Source: Escherichia coli (lineage in GTDB: Bacteria > Pseudomonadota > Gammaproteobacteria > Enterobacterales > Enterobacteriaceae). From it: a stretch of 64,000 bases of DNA. Position numbers and translations under genes: made by a program. The notes beneath the pieces were generated by a model, which worked only from the letters and a program-made list of their open reading frames with translations, made no database searches and was not told where the DNA came from. Below are positions 39,017-49,737 of the stretch, one piece after another; position 1 is the first letter of the stretch, and every line of letters begins with the position of its first letter. The stretch lies in assembly GCF_003018235.1 (NCBI RefSeq), contig NZ_CP027439.1; one strand, given 5' to 3'.

Positions 39017-39219
39017 CACATCAGGATAGCCTCTTACCGCGCTTTGCGCAAGGAGAAGAAGGCCATGAAACTACCACGAAGTTCCCTTGTCTGGTGTGTG
39101 TTGATCGTGTGTCTCACACTGTTGATATTCACTTATCTGACACGAAAATCGCTGTGCGAGATTCGTTACAGAGACGGACACAGGGAGGTGGCGGCTTTCA
39201 TGGCTTACGAATCCGGTAA
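39007..39219 (+). CDS. mok: Mok-type leader reading frame overlapping hok
   Basis: 70-codon ORF overlapping the hok frame, as in hok/sok and flm loci. Confidence 0.7.
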   Translation: MSSPHQDSLLPRFAQGEEGHETTTKFPCLVCVDRVSHTVDIHLSDTKIAVRDSLQRRTQGGGGFHGLRIR

Positions 39220-39223
39220 GTAG
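39065..39223 (+). CDS. hok: Hok/FlmA-family type I toxin (52 aa)
   Basis: [52 protein letters not shown]. The ORF is below the ORF-track cutoff and was found by reading the sequence. Confidence 0.9.
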   Translation: MKLPRSSLVWCVLIVCLTLLIFTYLTRKSLCEIRYRDGHREVAAFMAYESGK

Positions 39224-39681
39224 CAACCTGGAGGCGGGCGCAGGCCCGCCTTTTCAGGACTGATGCTGGTCTGACTACTGAAGCGCCTTTATAAAGGGGC
39301 TGCTGGTTCGCTGGTAGCCCCTTTCTCCTTGCTGATGTTGTACGGGCATGAACAACCTGACTTCAGGAAGATCGTTTCCCTTCAGGAACGGGGATGAACG
39401 CGCGCCTGCGGCGCCCGTTCTTTTCCCCCGCCTTCTCTGGTTATGGCCTGTCAGAAATCACATCACCTTCCCTGTGATTATTCTCTTTTTCTTCCTGCTC
39501 TGATTCTGACTACTGCAGTGTTGTCCTGTCTGCTAGGCGCACCTTCGGCTCCCGGCTGCCTGGCGGCATCCGGTCGTCAGGCCCGACTCCGACAGGCAGC
39601 TGCTGGCGCACCTGCCAGTCTCCGCCGAACCCGCTGGCGCGGTTTCGGGCTGTCGCTACGGTCCGATGCGTGAAAACCACA

Positions 39682-40124
39682 GGCTTGCAGCGACCGTTCC
39701 GGTCGCGCCGCCTCTGTCGCGCCGTAGCCTGCGCTCCCGGCATCCCGGCAAAAGGCCGCCGGGATGTAAGGGGCAACGCCGTTTCGCAAACCGCGCTTCA
39801 CGTCGTTGCGGCGGGTCCCTGCCCGTTGTTGTGTCCGGTGCCATTCACCTGTTTAAGCCCCTGTCGCCGGGGGCTGATACAGCCACAACCTGCCGCACTG
39901 ACTGTCCAGGGTAAATGAACAGCCCACAAAATTTTTTACCCAAAACCCGGTAAAAAATTTTGCGTTCTGCCCAGGACAGGTGCGTCAGGCCGTGGCAGTG
40001 ATGCCCCTTGCGGCGAAGGTTCTCAAACAGGTGATGGTTAATACCGGAGGGAACAAAAGGCAGGTCCCCGCAAAACGTCAAAACCGCGGCTCCCGAAACT
40101 CAACAGATGATGGGGGCTGAAAAC
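39682..40124 (+). promoter_or_regulatory. Frpo/ssi-like leading-region repeat, copy C (upstream of orf95)
   Basis: It lacks the first ~100 bp of copies A and B. Internally it is a mosaic of B-like, A-like and B-like segments. Confidence 0.65.
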
Positions 40125-40137
40125 CAGAGAAAGCAGG

Positions 40138-40425
40138 ATGAGTACCCGAAATATCCACGTTAACACCGCGTCGTACACGCTTCTTGTTGCCGGGAAGAAA
40201 AAAAACACCGGGGAAGAGTGGGACGTCCTGGAATTCAGCAGCCTGACTGAGCTGAAAAAATATCGCAAAAGCCACCCGGAAAAGATGGCCTTCAGCTATA
40301 GCTACGCGCTCAGCCAGGGTGTGGATACGCAGTTCCGCCATATCAACATTGCGGAAGCTGATCACTTCAAACAGTTCCTGCGTCAGATTAAGCGTGCCGG
40401 CCTCGATATCCGGGCGATCTGCTGA
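40138..40425 (+). CDS. Leading-region protein of unknown function (F orf95 equivalent)
   Basis: 95 aa. Position and length match orf95 of the F leading region (from memory). Confidence 0.7.
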   Translation: MSTRNIHVNTASYTLLVAGKKKNTGEEWDVLEFSSLTELKKYRKSHPEKMAFSYSYALSQGVDTQFRHINIAEADHFKQFLRQIKRAGLDIRAIC

Positions 40426-40542
40426 CCGGATGTGATGAATATCCCTCCTGATTGTTGCAATGTTGTTAATGGAGAACGGGGGGATGATATTAAGCGGAAA
40501 AATTTTTTATTAAATTTATTCTTTCATAAAGGAGTAGCTGTT

Positions 40543-41364
40543 ATGCGATTAGCTTCCCGTTTTGGTCGGTATAATTCCATCCGCCGTGAACGTCCTTTAA
40601 CGGATGATGAATTAATGCAGTTCGTGCCTTCGGTATTTTCCGGTGATAAACATGAGTCCCGGAGTGAACGTTATACGTATATTCCAACAATCAATATCAT
40701 CAATAAGTTACGTGATGAAGGTTTCCAGCCATTCTTTGCCTGTCAGAGTCGGGTTCGTGATTTGGGGCGTCGGGAATACAGTAAATATATGTTACGTCTT
40801 CGTAGGGAAGGGCATATTAACGGGCAGGAAGTTCCTGAAATTATCCTGCTTAATTCACATGATGGTTCATCCAGTTATCAGATGATCCCGGGAATTTTTC
40901 GTTTTGTCTGCACAAATGGCCTGGTGTGCGGAAATAATTTTGGCGAAATCCGCGTTCCACATAAAGGTGATATTGTCGGGCAGGTTATCGAGGGAGCGTA
41001 TGAAGTGCTCGGTGTCTTTGATAAGGTCACTGATAATATGGAGGCAATGAAAGAAATTCATCTTAACAGTGACGAGCAACATTTATTTGGCAGAGCTGCC
41101 CTGATGGTCAGGTATGAAGATGAAAATAAAACGCCGGTGACGCCTGAACAGATAATTACTCCCCGTCGTCGGGAGGATAAACAGAACGATCTCTGGACAA
41201 CCTGGCAGCGGGTTCAGGAGAATATGATAAAAGGTGGATTATCGGGGCGAAGTGCCTCCGGGAAAAATACCAGGACAAGAGCCATTACAGGTATTGATGG
41301 TGATATAAGAATCAACAAAGCATTATGGATGATTGCCGAACAGTTCAGGGAGTGGAAGTCATGA
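40543..41364 (+). CDS. DUF932-family protein (F orf273 equivalent)
   Basis: 273 aa from ATG 40543 (AAAGGAG SD). It contains the conserved block SHDGSSSYQMIPGIFRFVCTNGLV. Confidence 0.85.
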   Translation: MRLASRFGRYNSIRRERPLTDDELMQFVPSVFSGDKHESRSERYTYIPTINIINKLRDEGFQPFFACQSRVRDLGRREYSKYMLRLRREGHINGQEVPEIILLNSHDGSSSYQMIPGIFRFVCTNGLVCGNNFGEIRVPHKGDIVGQVIEGAYEVLGVFDKVTDNMEAMKEIHLNSDEQHLFGRAALMVRYEDENKTPVTPEQIITPRRREDKQNDLWTTWQRVQENMIKGGLSGRSASGKNTRTRAITGIDGDIRINKALWMIAEQFREWKS

Positions 41365-41414
41365 TAATATAAGTAAAGCCCCGAAAAATTTTTCGGGGCT
41401 TTACTTATATTATC
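41363..41414. terminator. 52-bp perfect palindrome (bidirectional terminator or ssDNA hairpin)
   Basis: GATAATATAAGTAAAGCCCCGAAAAA / TTTTTCGGGGCTTTACTTATATTATC. It overlaps the orf273 stop. Confidence 0.6.
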
Positions 41415-41660
41415 ATCCTGCGGCATTGCTATGTCGTCTGATATGCCTCAATTTCATCAACTGGCTTTTCGGTAGTATGTAAATATTGTGCCCGCGAAAA
41501 ATGGTCTGGCAGGAGGCTGCGCAGTTACCGGATATATATAAGATGGGTTCCCGCTTTGCGGGGCTTCGGCCAGTCAGTATTGTCACTCATATGATATTTT
41601 TGTGTGTGGCCTTCCATGCCGCTTTTGCGGCATAACCGATATCTGACAATGTCTGTAAGA

Positions 41661-42170
41661 TTAATTGTTCTGCACGCTGTTAATTTCCGGAAGTGATTTC
41701 TTCGTGGTCGGAACCTGGATGCCTTTACTGCTCTTTATCCCGGTATAAATCCGGTAAACCTCTGATGCGTAGGCAAGACGTCTCTGGTTCTGGCGTTCGG
41801 TCTTCCTGAATCCAGCATTGTATGCACCAACGGCCTCCCAGGAGACGCCCCATTTTTTAAAGGCTATTGCCAGATAATAAGCACCGGTATAAATGTTCAT
41901 GCAGGGATCTGTTGTCAGATGTTCCGGCTTAATTCCATAGCGGGCCAGTTCGTTAAAATGCTGGGAATCTACCTGCATCAGTCCGCTGCCATATCCCGTT
42001 ACCGGATTAATACCGATGGCATTAACCCGGTAACGGGATTCTTTCCATGATATTGCTCTCAGTAAATCAGGATCTATTTTGTAATCCCGGCCTGCAAGAT
42101 CAAAGCAATCAGTGGCATGGCAGATCTCATTTATAAACATCAGGCAGATGGCTAACATCCATTTTTTCAT
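41661..42170 (-). CDS. Lytic transglycosylase of the transfer system (F orf169 / R1 gene 19 type)
   Basis: 169 aa from ATG 42170 (GAGG SD), with a signal sequence and the SLT catalytic region [14 protein letters not shown]...GLMQV...AYNAG. Confidence 0.9.
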   Translation of the reverse strand: MKKWMLAICLMFINEICHATDCFDLAGRDYKIDPDLLRAISWKESRYRVNAIGINPVTGYGSGLMQVDSQHFNELARYGIKPEHLTTDPCMNIYTGAYYLAIAFKKWGVSWEAVGAYNAGFRKTERQNQRRLAYASEVYRIYTGIKSSKGIQVPTTKKSLPEINSVQNN

Positions 42171-42539
42171 TTTTCCACCTCTGGTGACTTTATCCGTAAA
42201 TAATTTAACCCACTCCACAAAAAGGCTCAACAGGTTGGTGGTTCTCACCACCAAAAGCACCACACCCCACGCAAAAACAAGTTTTTGCTGATTTTTCTTT
42301 ATAAATAGAGAGTTATGAAAAATTAGTTTCTCTTACTCTCTTTATGATATTTAAAAAAGCGGTGGTACTGACTATTTTTATAAAAAACATTATTTTATAT
42401 TAGGGGCGCTGCTAGCGGCGCGGTGTGTTTTTTTATAGGATAACGCCAGGGGCGCTGCTAGCGGTGCGTCCCTGTTTGCATTATGAATTTTAGTGTTTCG
42501 AAATTAACTTTATTTTATGTTCAAAAAAGGTAATCTCTA
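42171..42539 (-). other. oriT region of an F-type plasmid, with the nic site on the minus strand
   Basis: The minus strand reads TTTGCGTGGGGTGTGGTGCTTTTGGTGGTGAGAAC (42245-42279), the F nic-region sequence as I recall it, with the nick expected near 42261/42262. It is followed by AT-rich bends and two GGGGCGCTGCTAGCGG(C/T)GCG TraM-site-like repeats at 42403-42422 and 42449-42468. Confidence 0.85.
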
Positions 42540-42923
42540 ATGGCTAAGGTGAACCTGTATATCAGCAATGATGCTTATGAAAAAATAAATGCGATTATTG
42601 AGAAGCGTCGACAGGAAGGGGCAAGGGAAAAAGATATCAGTTTTTCAGCAACAGCTTCAATGCTTCTTGAACTGGGGCTTCGTGTACATGAGGCTCAGAT
42701 GGAGCGTAAAGAGTCTGCATTTAATCAGACTGAGTTTAATAAATTGCTTCTTGAATGCGTTGTAAAAACACAATCATCAGTAGCGAAAATTTTGGGTATT
42801 GAGTCTCTCAGTCCTCATGTCTCCGGAAATCCAAAGTTTGAATATGCCAATATGGTTGAAGATATCAGGGAGAAGGTATCATCTGAGATGGAGCGATTTT
42901 TTCCAAAAAATGATGATGAATAA
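42540..42923 (+). CDS. traM: Relaxosome accessory protein TraM
   Basis: 127 aa. MAKVNLYISNDAYEKINAIIEKRRQEGAREKD. F-type. Confidence 0.95.
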   Translation: MAKVNLYISNDAYEKINAIIEKRRQEGAREKDISFSATASMLLELGLRVHEAQMERKESAFNQTEFNKLLLECVVKTQSSVAKILGIESLSPHVSGNPKFEYANMVEDIREKVSSEMERFFPKNDDE

Positions 42924-43037
42924 AAGAAATTTGACTTCGTTCAAATATCAGAGTTTTTATGATTTAAAAGGGTGACAGTACGAAAGATAATTAGTATATT
43001 AATTACGTGGTTAATGCCACGTTAAAATTTGAATTTG

Positions 43038-43116
43038 AAAATCGCCGATGCAGGGAGTTCACGTCTCCCTGCATCGACTGTCCATAGAATCCTTTGTGAG
43101 GAGGTTCCTATGTATC
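43038..43116 (-). ncRNA. finP: FinP antisense RNA
   Basis: The minus strand reads GATACATAGGAACCTCCTCACAAAGGATTCTATGGACAGTCGATGCAGGGAGACGTGAACTCCCTGCATCGGCGATTTT. This gives two stem-loops complementary to the traJ leader, SD and start codon. The ends are approximate. Confidence 0.8.
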
Positions 43117-43799
43117 CGATGGATCGTATTCAACAAAAACATGCTCGTCAAATAGATCTGCTGGAAAATCTGACGGCAGTTATTCAGGATTATCCAAATC
43201 CAGCCTGTATCAGGGACGAAACTGGAAAATTTATTTTTTGCAATACGCTGTTTCATGAGTCATTTCTTACACAAGATCAAAGTGCTGAAAAATGGCTTCT
43301 GTCGCAGAGAGATTTTTGTGAATTGATCTCTGTCACAGAGATGGAAGCATACAGGAATGAGCATACGCATCTTAATCTTGTAGAGGATGTTTTTATTCAG
43401 AACAGATTCTGGACAATATCTATTCAGTCATTTCTTAATGGACACAGAAATATCATTCTGTGGCAATTTTATGATGCTGCTCATGTTCGTCATAAAGACA
43501 GTTATAATCAAAAAACGATTGTCAGTGATGATATCAGAAATATAATCAGAAGAATGAGTGATGATTCTTCTGTATCATCATATGTAAATGATGTCTTTTA
43601 CTTATATAGCACCGGAATCAGTCATAATGCTATAGCAAGAATATTAAACATATCCATCTCCACATCAAAGAAACACGCGTCTCTGATATGCGACTACTTC
43701 TCTGTTTCTAATAAAGATGAGTTAATCATCTTACTCTACAATAAAAAGTTTATTCATTATTTGTACGAGAAGGCTATGTGTATCATAAATACGCGTTAA
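43110..43799 (+). CDS. traJ: Transfer operon activator TraJ
   Basis: 229 aa from MYPMDRIQQKHARQIDLLENL, with a GAGGAGG SD. F-type allele. Confidence 0.95.
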   Translation: MYPMDRIQQKHARQIDLLENLTAVIQDYPNPACIRDETGKFIFCNTLFHESFLTQDQSAEKWLLSQRDFCELISVTEMEAYRNEHTHLNLVEDVFIQNRFWTISIQSFLNGHRNIILWQFYDAAHVRHKDSYNQKTIVSDDIRNIIRRMSDDSSVSSYVNDVFYLYSTGISHNAIARILNISISTSKKHASLICDYFSVSNKDELIILLYNKKFIHYLYEKAMCIINTR

Positions 43800-43897
43800 T
43801 AAAGTGTTAATAAAATATAGACTTTCCGTCTATTTACCTTTTCTGATTATTCTGCAAACATAAGTAGTAACCAGAAGATAAACAGCGGGAGGTGTTA

Positions 43898-44293
43898 TTG
43901 AAAAGATTTGGTACACGTTCTGCAACAGGTAAGATGGTAAAACTAAAATTACCTGTAGATGTGGAAAGTCTATTAATTGAGGCAAGTAACAGAAGCGGAA
44001 GAAGTCGATCGTTTGAGGCAGTAATAAGACTTAAAGATCATCTTCACCGCTATCCAAAGTTTAACAGGGCAGGGAATATCTATGGTAAGTCGCTGGTTAA
44101 GTATCTGACAATGCGTCTGGATGATGAAACTAACCAGCTACTTATTGCAGCCAAAAATCGTAGTGGATGGTGTAAAACAGATGAGGCTGCAGACAGAGTT
44201 ATTGATCATTTGATCAAGTTTCCTGATTTTTATAACTCGGAGATATTCAGGGAGGCAGATAAAGAGGAAGATATAACATTTAATACACTCTAG
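43898..44293 (+). CDS. traY: Relaxosome accessory RHH protein TraY (F-type, duplicated RHH, 131 aa)
   Basis: (M)KRFGTRSATGKMVKLKLPVDVESLLIEASNRSGRSRS. The TTG start at 43898 is as reported for F (from memory). The ORF track starts at GTG 43892. Confidence 0.9.
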   Translation: MKRFGTRSATGKMVKLKLPVDVESLLIEASNRSGRSRSFEAVIRLKDHLHRYPKFNRAGNIYGKSLVKYLTMRLDDETNQLLIAAKNRSGWCKTDEAADRVIDHLIKFPDFYNSEIFREADKEEDITFNTL

Positions 44294-44325
44294 TTTTATT
44301 CATTTATCCGAAATTGAGGTAACTT

Positions 44326-44685
44326 ATGAATGCTGTTTTAAGTGTTCAGGGTGCTTCTGCGCCCGTCAAAAAGAAGTCGTTTTTTTCTAAATTCACTCGT
44401 CTGAATATGCTTCGCCTGGCTCGCGCTGTGATCCCGGCTGCTGTTCTGATGATGTTCTTCCCGCAACTGGCAATGGCAGCACAGGGCCAGGACCTGATGG
44501 CAAGCGGTAACACCACGGTTAAGGCGACCTTCGGTAAGGACTCCAGTGTTGTTAAATGGGTCGTTCTGGCTGAAGTTCTGGTCGGTGCGGTCATGTACAT
44601 GATGACCAAAAACGTCAAGTTCCTGGCCGGTTTTGCCATCATCTCTGTATTTATTGCTGTGGGTATGGCCGTCGTTGGCCTCTGA
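44326..44685 (+). CDS. traA: Propilin TraA
   Basis: 119 aa with the 51-residue leader ...FFPQLAMA followed by the mature pilin [23 protein letters not shown]... Confidence 0.95.
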
Positions 44686-44699
44686 CAGGAAATAAAACG

Positions 44700-45011
44700 A
44701 TGTCGGGAGACGAGAATAAACTTAAGAAATATCGTTTCCCGGAAACACTGACCAACCAGAGCCGCTGGTTTGGCCTGCCACTGGATGAACTGATCCCCGC
44801 AGCAATCTGTATTGGCTGGGGTATCACAACATCGAAATATCTGTTCGGTATTGGTGCAGCGGTTCTGGTTTATTTCGGGATTAAAAAACTGAAAAAAGGG
44901 CGGGGCAGTTCCTGGTTACGTGACCTGATTTACTGGTATATGCCAACAGCCCTGCTGCGCGGTATTTTTCATAATGTTCCCGATTCGTGTTTCCGGCAGT
45001 GGATTAAATAG
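44700..45011 (+). CDS. traL: Pilus assembly protein TraL
   Basis: Collinear order and sequence with F. Confidence 0.9.
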
Positions 45012-45032
45012 AACTGATACCAGGATTGTTAT

Positions 45033-45599
45033 ATGGAACACGGTGCCCGTTTAAGTACCAGTCGTGTAATGGCCATCGCCTTTATATTTATGTCAGTGCT
45101 TATTGTTCTCAGCCTCTCTGTTAACGTCATTCAGGGGGTGAATAACTACCGTCTTCAGAATGAGCAACGCACTGCCGTGACGCCAATGGCATTTAATGCC
45201 CCCTTTGCCGTGTCACAGAACAGTGCCGACGCCTCTTATTTACAGCAGATGGCGCTGTCATTTATTGCCCTCCGTCTGAATGTTTCATCAGAAACCGTCG
45301 ATGCCTCACATCAGGCGCTTCTGCAATATATCCGCCCGGGTGCACAGAACCAGATGAAAGTTATTCTGGCTGAAGAAGCGAAGCGTATTAAAAACGATAA
45401 CGTGAACTCAGCCTTTTTCCAGACCAGTGTTCGTGTCTGGCCTCAGTATGGCCGTGTGGAAATTCGTGGTGTGCTTAAAACCTGGATTGGTGATTCAAAA
45501 CCTTTCACTGATATCAAACATTACATCCTTATTCTGAAGCGGGAAAACGGGGTGACCTGGCTGGATAATTTCGGGGAAACAGACGATGAGAAAAAATAA
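45033..45599 (+). CDS. traE: Pilus assembly protein TraE
   Basis: 188 aa with an N-terminal TM helix. F order. Confidence 0.9.
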   Translation: MEHGARLSTSRVMAIAFIFMSVLIVLSLSVNVIQGVNNYRLQNEQRTAVTPMAFNAPFAVSQNSADASYLQQMALSFIALRLNVSSETVDASHQALLQYIRPGAQNQMKVILAEEAKRIKNDNVNSAFFQTSVRVWPQYGRVEIRGVLKTWIGDSKPFTDIKHYILILKRENGVTWLDNFGETDDEKK

Positions 45600-46314
45600 T
45601 ACAGCAATAATATTCGGCGGCCTGTTTTTTTCCTGCAGCGTGATGGCCGGAGCCGGTACGCTGGCACCCACCGTGGTGCCAATGGTGAACGGTGGTCAGG
45701 CCAGTATTGCCATCAGCAATACCAGCCCGAATCTGTTTACCGTTCCCGGTGACCGGATTATCGCCGTGAACAGTCTGGATGGTGCCCTGACCAGTAATGA
45801 GCAGACCGCCTCCGGCGGTGTGGTGGTTGCCACCGTCAACAAAAAGCCCTTTACGTTCATTCTGGAAACAGAACGTGGTCTGAATCTTTCCATTCAGGCC
45901 GTTCCCCGTGAAGGCGCGGGGCGTACCATTCAGCTGGTCAGTGACCTGCGCGGAACCGGAGAAGAAGCCGGTACGTGGGAAACGTCCACGCCTTACGAAT
46001 CCCTGCTTGTGACCATCAGCCAGGCCGTCCGTGGCGGAAAATTACCCGCAGGCTGGTATCAGGTCCCGGTGACAAAGGAAACCCTGCAGGCCCCGGCGGG
46101 GCTGTCTTCAGTGGCAGATGCCGTATGGACGGGGAATCACCTGAAGATGGTCCGCTTTGCCGTGGAAAATAAAACGCTGTCTGCCCTGAATATCCGGGAA
46201 AGTGACTTCTGGCAGCCGGGAACCCGTGCCGTGATGTTCAGCCAGCCTGCCAGCCAGTTACTGGCAGGTGCGCGCATGGATGTGTATGTCATCCGTGACG
46301 GGGAGGGCAACTGA
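45586..46314 (+). CDS. traK: T4SS secretin-like protein TraK
   Basis: 242 aa with a signal peptide. F order. Confidence 0.9.
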   Translation: MRKNNTAIIFGGLFFSCSVMAGAGTLAPTVVPMVNGGQASIAISNTSPNLFTVPGDRIIAVNSLDGALTSNEQTASGGVVVATVNKKPFTFILETERGLNLSIQAVPREGAGRTIQLVSDLRGTGEEAGTWETSTPYESLLVTISQAVRGGKLPAGWYQVPVTKETLQAPAGLSSVADAVWTGNHLKMVRFAVENKTLSALNIRESDFWQPGTRAVMFSQPASQLLAGARMDVYVIRDGEGN

Positions 46315-47741
46315 TGGCCAGTATCAATACCATTGTGAAACGCAAGCAGTACCTGTGGCTGGGGATTGTGGTTGTCGGTACAGCCTCCGCGATTGGTGGG
46401 GCACTGTATCTGTCTGATGTGGACATGTCCGGTAACGGTGAAACCGTGGCTGAACAGGAGCCTGTGCCGGATATGACCGGTGTGGTGGATACGACCTTTG
46501 ATGACAAGGTGCGTCAGCATGCCACCACAGAGATGCAGGTGACGGCAGCGCAGATGCAGAAGCAGTATGAGGAAATCCGTCGTGAGCTGGATGTTCTGAA
46601 CAAACAGCGCGGTGATGACCAGCGTCGTATTGAAAAGCTGGGACAGGACAATGCCGCCCTGGCAGAGCAGGTAAAAGCCCTGGGTGCTAATCCCGTCACG
46701 GCGACCGGTGAGCCTGTACCGCAGATGCCTGCCTCACCGCCCGGCCCGGAAGGCGAACCACAGCCAGGAAACACACCCGTATCTTTCCCGCCGCAGGGCA
46801 GCGTTGCTGTTCCACCGCCGACGGCGTTTTATCCCGGGAATGGTGTCACGCCACCACCACAGGTGACGTACCAGTCTGTGCCGGTGCCTAACCGGATACA
46901 GCGTAAGGTGTTTACCCGTAATGAGGGAAAACAGGGACCCTCGCTGCCGTACATTCCGTCAGGAAGTTTTGCGAAAGCCATGCTGATTGAAGGGGCGGAT
47001 GCCAATGCCTCTGTCACTGGTAATGAATCCACGGTGCCGATGCAGCTGCGTATCACCGGCCTGGTGGAAATGCCGAACAGCAAAACGTATGACGCAAAGG
47101 GATGTTTTGTGGGTCTGGAAGCCTGGGGGGATGTCTCCAGTGAGCGTGCCATTGTACGTACCCGCAATATCAGCTGCCTGAAGGACGGCAAAACCATTGA
47201 TATGCCGATTAAGGGGCATGTCAGCTTCCGGGGTAAAAACGGTATTAAGGGCGAAGTGGTGATGCGTAACGGCAAAATCCTCGGCTGGGCATGGGGCGCG
47301 GGATTTGTTGACGGTATCGGTCAGGGAATGGAGCGTGCTTCCCAGCCGGCTGTCGGGCTGGGTGCCACTGCTGCTTACGGGGCCGGCGATGTCCTTAAAA
47401 TGGGTATCGGTGGCGGCGCATCGAAAGCCGCACAGACGCTCAGTGACTACTACATCAAACGTGCCGAACAGTATCACCCGGTGATACCGATTGGTGCGGG
47501 CAACGAAGTGACCGTGGTGTTCCAGGACGGCTTCCAGCTGAAAACCGTGGAAGAGATGGCGCTGGAGCGCACGCAGAACAGAGCGGAAGAAGATAATCCG
47601 GAAAGTCCGGTTCCTGTTCCGCCATCAGCTGAAAGTCATCTTAACGGCTTTAATACTGACCAGATGCTGAAGCAGCTGGGCAACCTGAATCCGCAGCAGT
47701 TTATGTCCGGCAGCCAGGGAGGAGGCAACGATGGCAAATAA
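46314..47741 (+). CDS. traB: T4SS core protein TraB (VirB10-like)
   Basis: 475 aa with a TM helix, a coiled coil, a Pro-rich region and a VirB10-like C-terminus. Confidence 0.95.
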   Translation: MASINTIVKRKQYLWLGIVVVGTASAIGGALYLSDVDMSGNGETVAEQEPVPDMTGVVDTTFDDKVRQHATTEMQVTAAQMQKQYEEIRRELDVLNKQRGDDQRRIEKLGQDNAALAEQVKALGANPVTATGEPVPQMPASPPGPEGEPQPGNTPVSFPPQGSVAVPPPTAFYPGNGVTPPPQVTYQSVPVPNRIQRKVFTRNEGKQGPSLPYIPSGSFAKAMLIEGADANASVTGNESTVPMQLRITGLVEMPNSKTYDAKGCFVGLEAWGDVSSERAIVRTRNISCLKDGKTIDMPIKGHVSFRGKNGIKGEVVMRNGKILGWAWGAGFVDGIGQGMERASQPAVGLGATAAYGAGDVLKMGIGGGASKAAQTLSDYYIKRAEQYHPVIPIGAGNEVTVVFQDGFQLKTVEEMALERTQNRAEEDNPESPVPVPPSAESHLNGFNTDQMLKQLGNLNPQQFMSGSQGGGNDGK

Positions 47742-48318
47742 TATGTCGTCCCGTCAGGCGTGCCATGCCGCCCGGTATGTTGTCGCCCGGGTTCTGCGAG
47801 GACTGTTCTGGTGTCTGAAATACGCCGTCATTCTGCCACTGGCCACAATGGCCCTGATGGCTCTGTTTGTTTTATGGAAGGACAACACCACGCCGGGAAA
47901 ATTGCTGGTTCAGGAGATCGAGTTTGTAAGGGGCAGAACGCCAGCGGGGTTATATCCGGTCCGATACTGCTCGAACAGTTTTGGTTCCGATTTAGCGATG
48001 CCTCCGTCTGTAACGTGCGGTTTTCGCCGGGGGGATGCTGCAGAATATGCCAGGGAGACTGACCGGTCACTGATGCAACTGTTCACCGCATTATGGGCAA
48101 CGCTGGCACTGATGTATGTCTCGCTGGCGGTGATCTCCGGAAAATGTCCGATGCGACCCGGAAAAATGAAATGTGTCCGGGTGGTAACCGCAGATGAACA
48201 TCTGAAGGAAGTTCTTACGGAAGATGCTTCCCTGCCGGAAAAAATCAGGAAATGGCCTGTTTATCTTCCTGATGACAGAACAAACAGAAACAACGGAGAT
48301 AAAAATGAACATGCGTAA
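47731..48318 (+). CDS. traP: TraP
   Basis: 195-aa membrane protein in the F position. Confidence 0.85.
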   Translation: MANNMSSRQACHAARYVVARVLRGLFWCLKYAVILPLATMALMALFVLWKDNTTPGKLLVQEIEFVRGRTPAGLYPVRYCSNSFGSDLAMPPSVTCGFRRGDAAEYARETDRSLMQLFTALWATLALMYVSLAVISGKCPMRPGKMKCVRVVTADEHLKEVLTEDASLPEKIRKWPVYLPDDRTNRNNGDKNEHA

Positions 48319-48625
48319 TATTAATGTTATTACAGCCCTCTCTGTGCCGGGTAAAACCGTGTCAGATGATTTTATTCATGCTGTTCTCAGTAACTGCGCC
48401 ACAAGAATCGTACTTCCTGCACCGGAGAAATTCGGTTCTGAGTCATTGCCGCACAATTTTAATATGGCTGCTGTCGGTGTGATGAAGAAGGGTATGTCGA
48501 TGAGCTTATTTTCTTCTCCGGGGCATATTGTGGTTGCCGGACAATCCGGTGACGGAAAATCTGTTCCGGTGAAAGAACTAATCGACAGAATTATTCAGAA
48601 ATATAAGGAACCCTTCGATGAATAA
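48305..48625 (+). CDS. trbD: TrbD
   Basis: ATG 48305 has a GGAG SD. The position between traP and trbG is as in F. Confidence 0.7.
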   Translation: MNMRNINVITALSVPGKTVSDDFIHAVLSNCATRIVLPAPEKFGSESLPHNFNMAAVGVMKKGMSMSLFSSPGHIVVAGQSGDGKSVPVKELIDRIIQKYKEPFDE

Positions 48626-48869
48626 GCTGGTTTCTGATGGCAGCGTCAAAAAAATAAATTATCCGGTGCTGTATGAGTCCGTAATAACACCTCCGTTATG
48701 TGAAGTCAGTGCACCAGAACCTGATGCGGGTGGGAAACGCATTGTGGCATATGTTTATAAATCATCACGGAATACGGTTTTTGAAAATCCTGACATTGTA
48801 AAAACCTGTACGGTCAGGGATTTGAAGAATGATTTTGTGAACTGCGATGAGAAAGGTGAGGGACAATGA
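48618..48869 (+). CDS. trbG: TrbG
   Basis: 83 aa, as in F. Confidence 0.75.
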   Translation: MNKLVSDGSVKKINYPVLYESVITPPLCEVSAPEPDAGGKRIVAYVYKSSRNTVFENPDIVKTCTVRDLKNDFVNCDEKGEGQ

Positions 48870-49381
48870 AACAGATTTCTTTATTTATTCCTCTGCTGGG
48901 GACCTTATTACTTTCCGGCTGTGCCGGAACCAGTACGGAATTTGAGTGTAACGCCACCACATCCGATACCTGTATGACGATGGAGCAGGCCAATGAGAAG
49001 GCCAAAAAACTGGAGCAGTCCTCAGAAGCAAAGCCGGTTGCGGCATCACTGCCGCGCCTGGCTGAAGGGAACTTCCGGACAATGCCGGTGCAGACCGTCA
49101 CCGCGACCACTCCGTCCGGCAGCGGGCCTGTAGTGACTGCACTTCCGGAGCAGAAACTGCTGGCACCACGCCCGCTGTTTACCGCTGCCCGGGAAGTGAA
49201 AACGGTTGTTCCGGTCAGCTCAGTTGCGCCGGTAACGCCTCCCCGTCCGTTAAGAACGGGTGAGCAGACGGCAGCATTATGGATAGCACCATATATTGAT
49301 AATCAGGATGTTTATCATCAGCCATCCAGTGTGTTTTTTGTTATTAAACCATCTGCGTGGGGAAAACCACGTATTAATTAA
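48866..49381 (+). CDS. traV: Outer-membrane lipoprotein TraV
   Basis: 171 aa with the lipobox LLLSGC. Confidence 0.95.
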   Translation: MKQISLFIPLLGTLLLSGCAGTSTEFECNATTSDTCMTMEQANEKAKKLEQSSEAKPVAASLPRLAEGNFRTMPVQTVTATTPSGSGPVVTALPEQKLLAPRPLFTAAREVKTVVPVSSVAPVTPPRPLRTGEQTAALWIAPYIDNQDVYHQPSSVFFVIKPSAWGKPRIN

Positions 49382-49515
49382 CTGGCCCTGAAGTTGTATA
49401 TCAGCCGGCAATGCCGGCGGGCTTTCTGTATTCAAAATCTGCCTGTAAAACGAGTGCCCTGTGCGTGAAAAGGGATGGGCGGTAGCGTGTCAGAACATGT
49501 CGGGAGGAATATTCC

Positions 49516-49737
49516 GTGAGTGATGAAGCCGATGAAGCATATTCAGTGACAGAACAGATGACCATGACAGGAATAAACCGGATACGCCAGAAAATAAATG
49601 CTCATGGTATTCCTGTTTATCTCTGTGAAGCATGCGGTAATCCTATTCCGGAAGCCCGGCGGAAAATATTTCCCGGTGTGACGTTATGTGTTGAATGTCA
49701 GGCGGATCAGGAAAGGCAGAGGAAACACTATGCATAA
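49516..49737 (+). CDS. traR: DksA/TraR-family zinc-finger protein TraR
   Basis: 73 aa with the CEACGNPIP...CVEC four-Cys finger. Confidence 0.95.
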   Translation: MSDEADEAYSVTEQMTMTGINRIRQKINAHGIPVYLCEACGNPIPEARRKIFPGVTLCVECQADQERQRKHYA

